From Myxococcota bacterium (GTDB lineage: Bacteria; Myxococcota_A; UBA796; SXON01), in contig JAZKFH010000006.1 of the NCBI GenBank assembly GCA_040386535.1, positions 35,980-99,979 of the forward strand: a stretch of DNA of 64,000 nucleotides, in the 5' to 3' direction. Position 1 is the stretch's first letter. Every line of letters starts with the position of its first letter. Below the pieces are notes generated by a model. That model saw only the letters and a program-made list of their open reading frames with translations, searched no databases and was not told the DNA's origin. The position numbers and the translations under genes were made by a program. Below are positions 57,094-64,000 of the stretch, in pieces.

Positions 57094-57127
57094 AAAACGA
57101 GAAAGGGCCGCCCGAAGGCGACCCTTC
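57094..57127 (-). terminator. Intrinsic terminator
   Basis: Minus strand AAGGGTCGCC-TTCG-GGCGGCCCTT followed by TCTCGTTTTG, just after the stop at 57145. Confidence 0.75.
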
Positions 57128-57144
57128 CGTACGGTCCCGGCGGG

Positions 57145-57777
57145 CTATTTCTTGTCGTCGCGGCTGCGGCTCATGCCCGAGCCGCTGCCGCTGCTGCCGC
57201 TGCCGCTCTTGGTGTCGCCGCTCTTGGCGCCGTCACGGGTACGGCTCAGGTCGGCCGGCGGGCGCGTGTCACGCGCGGGCGCCTTGGCGCCGGTGGAGGA
57301 GGCCTTGGGGATCTCCTCGGTCTTCTTCGTGTCGTCCGTGGTGGTCACGACCGTGGTGGTGGTCGTGGTCGTGGTGGTCGGCGCGATGATGGGCGTGCCG
57401 TCGGGGTTGGTGCCCGTGACGACCGGCACCGGGGCCGTGCCGGCGACGCCGCCGCAGTTGGTGGCGACCGAGGCGAGCATCGCCGAGCAGGAGCTCGCGA
57501 GGGTGGCCTTGGTCTCGGGGATCGCGGCGGCCTGGGCCCACGCGTCACGCGTGCTCTTGAAGCCGCTCTCCATCGCCGCCTTGGTGGCGGGGTCGGCGGA
57601 GGAGATGCACGCTTCCATCTTCTTGATGTAGTCGTCACATTCGGGGACGCCGATCGACCCGTCGGCCGCGACGGGCACGGGGGGGGGAGGAGGCGTGACC
57701 GTCGTTTCCGTGCCGCCACCGCAGGCGAGGGTGAAGCCGAGCGCGAGGGAAAGGACGGGGAGCAGGCGAATCTTCAT
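57145..57777 (-). CDS. Lipoprotein with small Cys-stapled helical domain and Thr/Ser-rich tail
   Basis: FTLAC lipobox, IGVPECDDYIKKMEAC...LASSC motif and poly-Thr. Confidence 0.8.
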   Translation of the reverse strand: MKIRLLPVLSLALGFTLACGGGTETTVTPPPPPVPVAADGSIGVPECDDYIKKMEACISSADPATKAAMESGFKSTRDAWAQAAAIPETKATLASSCSAMLASVATNCGGVAGTAPVPVVTGTNPDGTPIIAPTTTTTTTTTVVTTTDDTKKTEEIPKASSTGAKAPARDTRPPADLSRTRDGAKSGDTKSGSGSSGSGSGMSRSRDDKK

Positions 57778-58014
57778 GGTACCTCTACGGTTTCCAGCCA
57801 GTGGTGCAGGCGTGGGCGTCACGATAGAACGCCGGGCGCGGGAGACAAGGTGGTCCGAGCGTAGCGCACGGGCCCGTCACTTTCAAGGCACGAGATGCGC
57901 GCGGGGCTTGCCGAGAACCCTGGATCCGAATAGTTCGCCGGCCGCGGAAGGCGGTGCCATCGCCCGCGCCCGCTCTCCGACCGCAAGCCGCGGTCCAGGG
58001 CTTCTGGAGGCCAC

Positions 58015-60120
<2,106 letters not shown>

Positions 60121-60124
60121 CGAA

Positions 60125-61360
60125 TTGGCAGGCCCCGAGTCAGGCGATCGCGGTCCCTTGCGGGCCATCCAGGGTGCACTCGGCGGCGGGCTCCGTCCCG
60201 GCGAGGTCGGCGCGATCCACGCGCGGGCCGGCGTCGGCAAGAGCTCGCTGCTCGTGCACCTCGCGCTCGAACGTCTGCTCCGGGGCGAAGCCGTCCTGCA
60301 CGTCGCCGTGCAGGGCGGCGTCGAGTCGGTGCGGGATGCCTACGAGAGCATCTTCACCGGCCTGCATCACGCGCAGAAGCCGCTCGACCGCGCGGAGGCG
60401 CTCCTCTCCGTCGAGCGGCACCGCGTCATCCACTGCACCCGCGGGCGCGTCCCGCTCGCGGCGGGGATCGACACGCTGCTCCAGTCCCTCGCCGACGCGA
60501 TGGACTTCGCTCCCCGCCTCGTCGTGATGGACGGCCTCGAGCCCACCCCCGACGAGATCCTGGCCCTGCGGGACCTCGCGGCGCGCCGCGGGCTCTCGGT
60601 GTGGTGTGCGTTCACCCCACCGCAGGCCGTGGTCGACACGAACTACAACGTCTCGCTCGAGATGGTCCCCGAGCGGGCCGTCGTGTGGCTCCACGTCCGC
60701 AAGGGGCGTGACAGCGGCACCGCCGCGCTCCCGCCCATCCGGCTCGAGTCGCCCACCTTCGTGGCCCGGGAGGAGGACGCTCCGCTCCCCAGCCCCGCAA
60801 CGCGGGTCAAGGCCAGCGAGTGCACCATCTACAGCGGCGGCGCCCACGGCTCCGAGGCCGCGTTCGGCGAGGCCGCCGAGCGGTGGGGCGTGCGCGAGGT
60901 CAACTTCACGTTCGACGGGCACGTGCAGGCCCGCACGCGCGGCGCCCACCCGCTCACCGAGCAGGAGCTCGCCGCCGGTGAGGTGTCGCTGGCCTACGTC
61001 AGCCGGCGCCTCCGCCGTGGCTACGGCGAGGGCACGATGATCCGTCGCGTGCTCCAGAGCCTGTGGCACCAGGTAGGCGCGGCGCAGGTCGTCTACGTGG
61101 TCGGCGCCATCCAGGAGGACGGCACGGTCACGGGCGGCACCGGCTGGAGCGTCGAGCTCGCCCGGATGTGGAACAAGCGCCTCTGGGTGTTCGACCAGGA
61201 GAAGGACGGCTGGTACCGGTGGAACGGCGAGGACTGGGTGGAAGGCACGCCCATCATCGACGCGGCCTCCATCTGCGGCACCGGCACGCGCTACCTCTCC
61301 CCCGTCGGCAAGGCGGCGATCGAGGCGCTCTTCGAGCGGAGCTTCACCTCGAAGGCCTGA
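60125..61360 (+). CDS. RecA/KaiC-like P-loop domain fused to a C-terminal SLOG-like domain
   Basis: GGGLRPGEVG.I.ARAGVGKS and LVVMDG; C-terminal IYSGGAHGSEAAF...GGTGWSVELAR..NK.LWVFDQ. Confidence 0.7.
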   Translation: MAGPESGDRGPLRAIQGALGGGLRPGEVGAIHARAGVGKSSLLVHLALERLLRGEAVLHVAVQGGVESVRDAYESIFTGLHHAQKPLDRAEALLSVERHRVIHCTRGRVPLAAGIDTLLQSLADAMDFAPRLVVMDGLEPTPDEILALRDLAARRGLSVWCAFTPPQAVVDTNYNVSLEMVPERAVVWLHVRKGRDSGTAALPPIRLESPTFVAREEDAPLPSPATRVKASECTIYSGGAHGSEAAFGEAAERWGVREVNFTFDGHVQARTRGAHPLTEQELAAGEVSLAYVSRRLRRGYGEGTMIRRVLQSLWHQVGAAQVVYVVGAIQEDGTVTGGTGWSVELARMWNKRLWVFDQEKDGWYRWNGEDWVEGTPIIDAASICGTGTRYLSPVGKAAIEALFERSFTSKA

Positions 61361-61764
61361 TGCTCGACCACGTGTTCATCACGGTGAGCGACGTGGCGCG
61401 CGCCGTCACCTTCTACGAGGCCGCGCTCTCGCCGCTCGGGATCACCCACGCCGTGGACTACGACGGCAAGGACGGCCCGGAAGGCCACCCCGACCTCTTC
61501 GGCTTCGGCCGCGACGGGCGCGTGTTCTTCTGGCTGCGGCAGGGCAGCGCCGATGCGCGCGCGGCCCATGTGGGCTTCGTCGCCCGGAGCGAGGCCGAGG
61601 TGAACGCTTTCCACGCAGCCGCCATGGCCGCGGGGGCGACCGACAACGGCCCCCCTTCGGCGCGCCTCTGCTACGACCCGCGCTACTACGCGGCGAACGT
61701 CCTGGATCCCGACGGCTACAGCCTCGAGGCGGTCTACAAGAGCTGGCAGCACCCCCGGGCGTAG
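61360..61764 (+). CDS. VOC/glyoxalase family protein
   Basis: MLDHV.I.V.D, HVGF.A, DNGPP and YYAA.VLDPDG..LEAV. Confidence 0.92.
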   Translation: MLDHVFITVSDVARAVTFYEAALSPLGITHAVDYDGKDGPEGHPDLFGFGRDGRVFFWLRQGSADARAAHVGFVARSEAEVNAFHAAAMAAGATDNGPPSARLCYDPRYYAANVLDPDGYSLEAVYKSWQHPRA

Positions 61765-61965
61765 CCGCCACGCCGAGGGATGGCGCACTCGCCGAACGGG
61801 CCCCCGTCACCCTCGGTGCCTGTGCACTTCCCACAGCGCGGTGCTCGCCAGCTGCGGGTCCTATGCTCCGAGAACCAGCGCGTTGCCTCGGTGCAGCCCG
61901 GACGGCGTGGTCGGACACGCGGGCCGCGGGCGCCGCGCAGCCCTGGAAGGGGAGGACCAGCACGA

Positions 61966-62135
61966 CCGTCCGAACTCGGGGGATGCGGGCCCACCCTGTC
62001 AGTTCGGACGGTATTTCCGTCCGAACTCGGGGGATGCGGGCCCATCCTGTCAGTTCGGACGGTATTTCCGTCCGAACTCGGGGGATGCGGGCCCATCCTG
62101 TCAGTTCGGACGGTGTGTCCGTCCGAACTCGGGGG
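61966..62135. repeat. Tandem array of 3.3 x 51-bp hairpin units
   Basis: CCGTCCGAACT-CGGG-GGATG-CGGGCC-CATCC-TGTC-AGTTCGGACGG at 61966, 62017, 62068 and (partial) 62119. Confidence 0.92.
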
Positions 62136-62145
62136 ATTGGGCGCC

Positions 62146-62307
62146 CTATTGCGCTCCGCCCGTCGTGAGCGACTGGGCCATGCTGCGCCCGGTGGACGCG
62201 GTCTCGCTCGCCACCGTGTTGTAGAACACGAGCATCACCGCCGCGATGGCGATGCAGATGAACGAGATGGTCAGCATGTACTCGGTGGTGCTCTGGCCGC
62301 GGCGCAT
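62146..62307 (-). CDS. Flp/type IVb-like prepilin
   Basis: MRRG|QSTTEY followed by a hydrophobic helix (class III signal, E+5/Y+6); 53 aa; GGAGG SD. Confidence 0.8.
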   Translation of the reverse strand: MRRGQSTTEYMLTISFICIAIAAVMLVFYNTVASETASTGRSMAQSLTTGGAQ

Positions 62308-62354
62308 GACGCCTCCGACCTGGAGTGTAGCAGGGCCGCGGCCGCCGCGGACCT

Positions 62355-62834
62355 TCAGTAGACGGGGCCCGCGCGGAAGACCGTCGACACCCGGCCCTTG
62401 ACGCGCTTCTCGCCGCGCGCGTGGCGATCGATGACCGGGGAGCGGGCGACCAGGTCGAGGTCGAAGACCACGCCCTCCGCGGTGACCTCGACCACGTGGA
62501 TCGTGCCCTCGATCTCCCGCGACTCGTAGCCCACCGACATGCCGCCCATGCGGAGGAAGCCGGACCGGTTCGCCGCGGAGAAGCTCGTCCCCGCGTCGAG
62601 CTCGCGTGGAAGGGCGATCACGACGTTCAGGTACTCCTGGGTGTCGGTGATGATGGGGAGCTTGCCCCAGTCGGCGGTGAGGACGAGGACGCGGCCGCCG
62701 CGGCCCTTCGCGATGTCCGGCCGATCGAAGTCCGGGTCGTGTCGGATCCGGCTGTCGGTCCAGACCTCGGCCTTCCACTCGTCGAGCGCGTGGGGGCCGA
62801 GGGTGCATGCAAGGAGGAGGAGCAAGGGGGTCAC
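62355..62834 (-). CDS. Hypothetical lipoprotein
   Basis: TPLLLLLAC lipobox after GTG. Confidence 0.65.
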   Translation of the reverse strand: MTPLLLLLACTLGPHALDEWKAEVWTDSRIRHDPDFDRPDIAKGRGGRVLVLTADWGKLPIITDTQEYLNVVIALPRELDAGTSFSAANRSGFLRMGGMSVGYESREIEGTIHVVEVTAEGVVFDLDLVARSPVIDRHARGEKRVKGRVSTVFRAGPVY

Positions 62835-62856
62835 GACCGCATCCTGTGCTCGCCGC

Positions 62857-63681
62857 TCATCGGGGCTGAGGCCCCGAGGTGACCGCGGGCGCGTACCGCG
62901 CGAGGAGCACGCCGGAGAACTGGGCCAGCCCCGTGCCGTCGAGGCTGGACAGCTGCGCCACGTCGAAGCGGGCTGCGGCCAACGCGGGAGCGGTGACCGC
63001 CTGGGGCGGCGTGTCGGCGGGATAGCGCAACACCTCGTCGTACGACTCGTCCAACAAGAACGCGAGCGCACGCTTGGCGTGGTGCGCAGCCGTGCGGGGC
63101 TGCCCGGTGAGGCGGTCGGGCTCGGTCACGGGGTCAAAGCGGAGCTGCGCCTTCAACTGGGTTCGCCGCGGCCGGTAGGCGGCACCCGCTCCCACGAGCG
63201 CGACGAGCCACGCCTCGGCGATCGGACCACACACCCCGAAAATGGCCACGATCGCGTCCGGGGTGGCCACAGCCATCGCGCGCTCCGCCGCGTCCCTTCG
63301 GCCCGGATCGGCGTCCGCGTCCGCGAGGACGATCAGCGCGTCCACCGGCTGTTTCGCCCATTGAAAGAGCAGGAGCGTGTCGGAGAACACCGCGGCGTCC
63401 TCCATCGGTGCACCCCCCAGGCGACGACTTCGGTAGAACGGGCGGCCGCTCGGTACGGCGAGCGCCCTCACCCGCGCCGTGGCGTCGCTCGTGTCGAAGA
63501 AGTCGGTGTCCGGCTCCAACCCCACGAAGATCCGGGCGTCGTCCAGCCCGTCGGGCTCGGGCCATGTCGCGTGCGTGGAGTGGAGGCGGTGGCGGGTCGC
63601 TCCGTCGGCGAGCCACCGGATCAACAGGCGGTGCGCCGAGTCCTCTCCCGCGATCCCCACCCGGAGGCGGGTGTCACGCAT
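62857..63681 (-). CDS. Hypothetical protein with TOPRIM-like motifs, ATPase partner
   Basis: N-terminal VGIAGED, later LIVLADAD and EAWL; overlaps the ATPase stop. Confidence 0.6.
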   Translation of the reverse strand: MRDTRLRVGIAGEDSAHRLLIRWLADGATRHRLHSTHATWPEPDGLDDARIFVGLEPDTDFFDTSDATARVRALAVPSGRPFYRSRRLGGAPMEDAAVFSDTLLLFQWAKQPVDALIVLADADADPGRRDAAERAMAVATPDAIVAIFGVCGPIAEAWLVALVGAGAAYRPRRTQLKAQLRFDPVTEPDRLTGQPRTAAHHAKRALAFLLDESYDEVLRYPADTPPQAVTAPALAAARFDVAQLSSLDGTGLAQFSGVLLARYAPAVTSGPQPR

Positions 63682-64000
63682 CGGAGAGCACCCAGTCCTC
63701 TCCGAGGTTGGCCCAGAGCTCGCCCGTGCCCATCGCGCCGCGCCAGCGCTCCAGGTCCGGGTGCGCCGAGAGCGGCTTCACGCGTGTGGCGCCGTCCTTG
63801 TCGAGCGCGAGCACCCGCACCTCGTCGACCTCGAAGCTGTCGAGCAGGACGGGAGCGTGGGTGGTGCAGACGATCTGGAGCTCGGGGCGGGCGTCGAGCA
63901 CGCGCCGAATCGCCTTGATGAGGTTGTACTGGGCCGACAGGTGCAGGCCGTGATCGATGTCGTCGAGGAGGATGATGTCGGGGAGCTCGTGCCAGTGGGC
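63674..64000 (-). CDS. ABC/AAA_21-type ATPase, C-terminal part (runs off window)
   Basis: Walker B IILLDDIDHGLH..AQ and H-loop QIVCTTHAP.LLD. Confidence 0.85.
   Translation of the reverse strand, partial: AHWHELPDIILLDDIDHGLHLSAQYNLIKAIRRVLDARPELQIVCTTHAPVLLDSFEVDEVRVLALDKDGATRVKPLSAHPDLERWRGAMGTGELWANLGEDWVLSDA

Noticed and set aside
61966..62135. CRISPR array interpretation of the 51-64-bp arrays (also 14133, 18819, 26215)
   Set aside because: Units are near-identical along their whole length with no unique spacers, and there are no cas genes in the window.

Overview
A very GC-rich bacterial chromosomal window, most likely Myxococcota-like given the MYXO-CTERM-type sorting signals, many lipoproteins, a stand-alone EF-G and a Myxococcus-style parS. 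Left to right it contains: (i) a coupled three-gene operon led by a 2026-aa protein with two DUF4157/eCIS-core domains; (ii) a large secreted beta-helix/MYXO-CTERM protein whose 5' end abuts a GFA gene in frame; (iii) a radical SAM gene and a repeat-flanked small gene; (iv) a cobalamin-riboswitch operon. This operon has a TonB receptor with a probable CTG start, three lipoproteins, an ECF S-component fused to a large lipidated domain, EcfAA' and EcfT. A parS site with phased GATACA boxes lies inside the ATPase gene. Then follow (v) an accessory patch (SUKH-like immunity protein, WD40 lipoprotein, a frameshifted gene); (vi) a lipA-E1beta-E2-E1alpha operon whose two E1 subunits have lost catalytic motifs, a complete class C-like group II intron, lpdA, tmk and lipB; (vii) a 4-hydroxybenzoyl-CoA-reductase-like molybdoenzyme; and (viii) fusA, a RecA-like/SLOG-like fusion, a Flp-like pilin and an ABC-ATPase/TOPRIM-like pair at the right edge. 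Intergenic DNA carries several short-repeat families, including ~52-bp hairpin units that share structure but not sequence and a MITE-like element with 31-bp-period ends. All calls come from reading motifs by eye; no searches were run.
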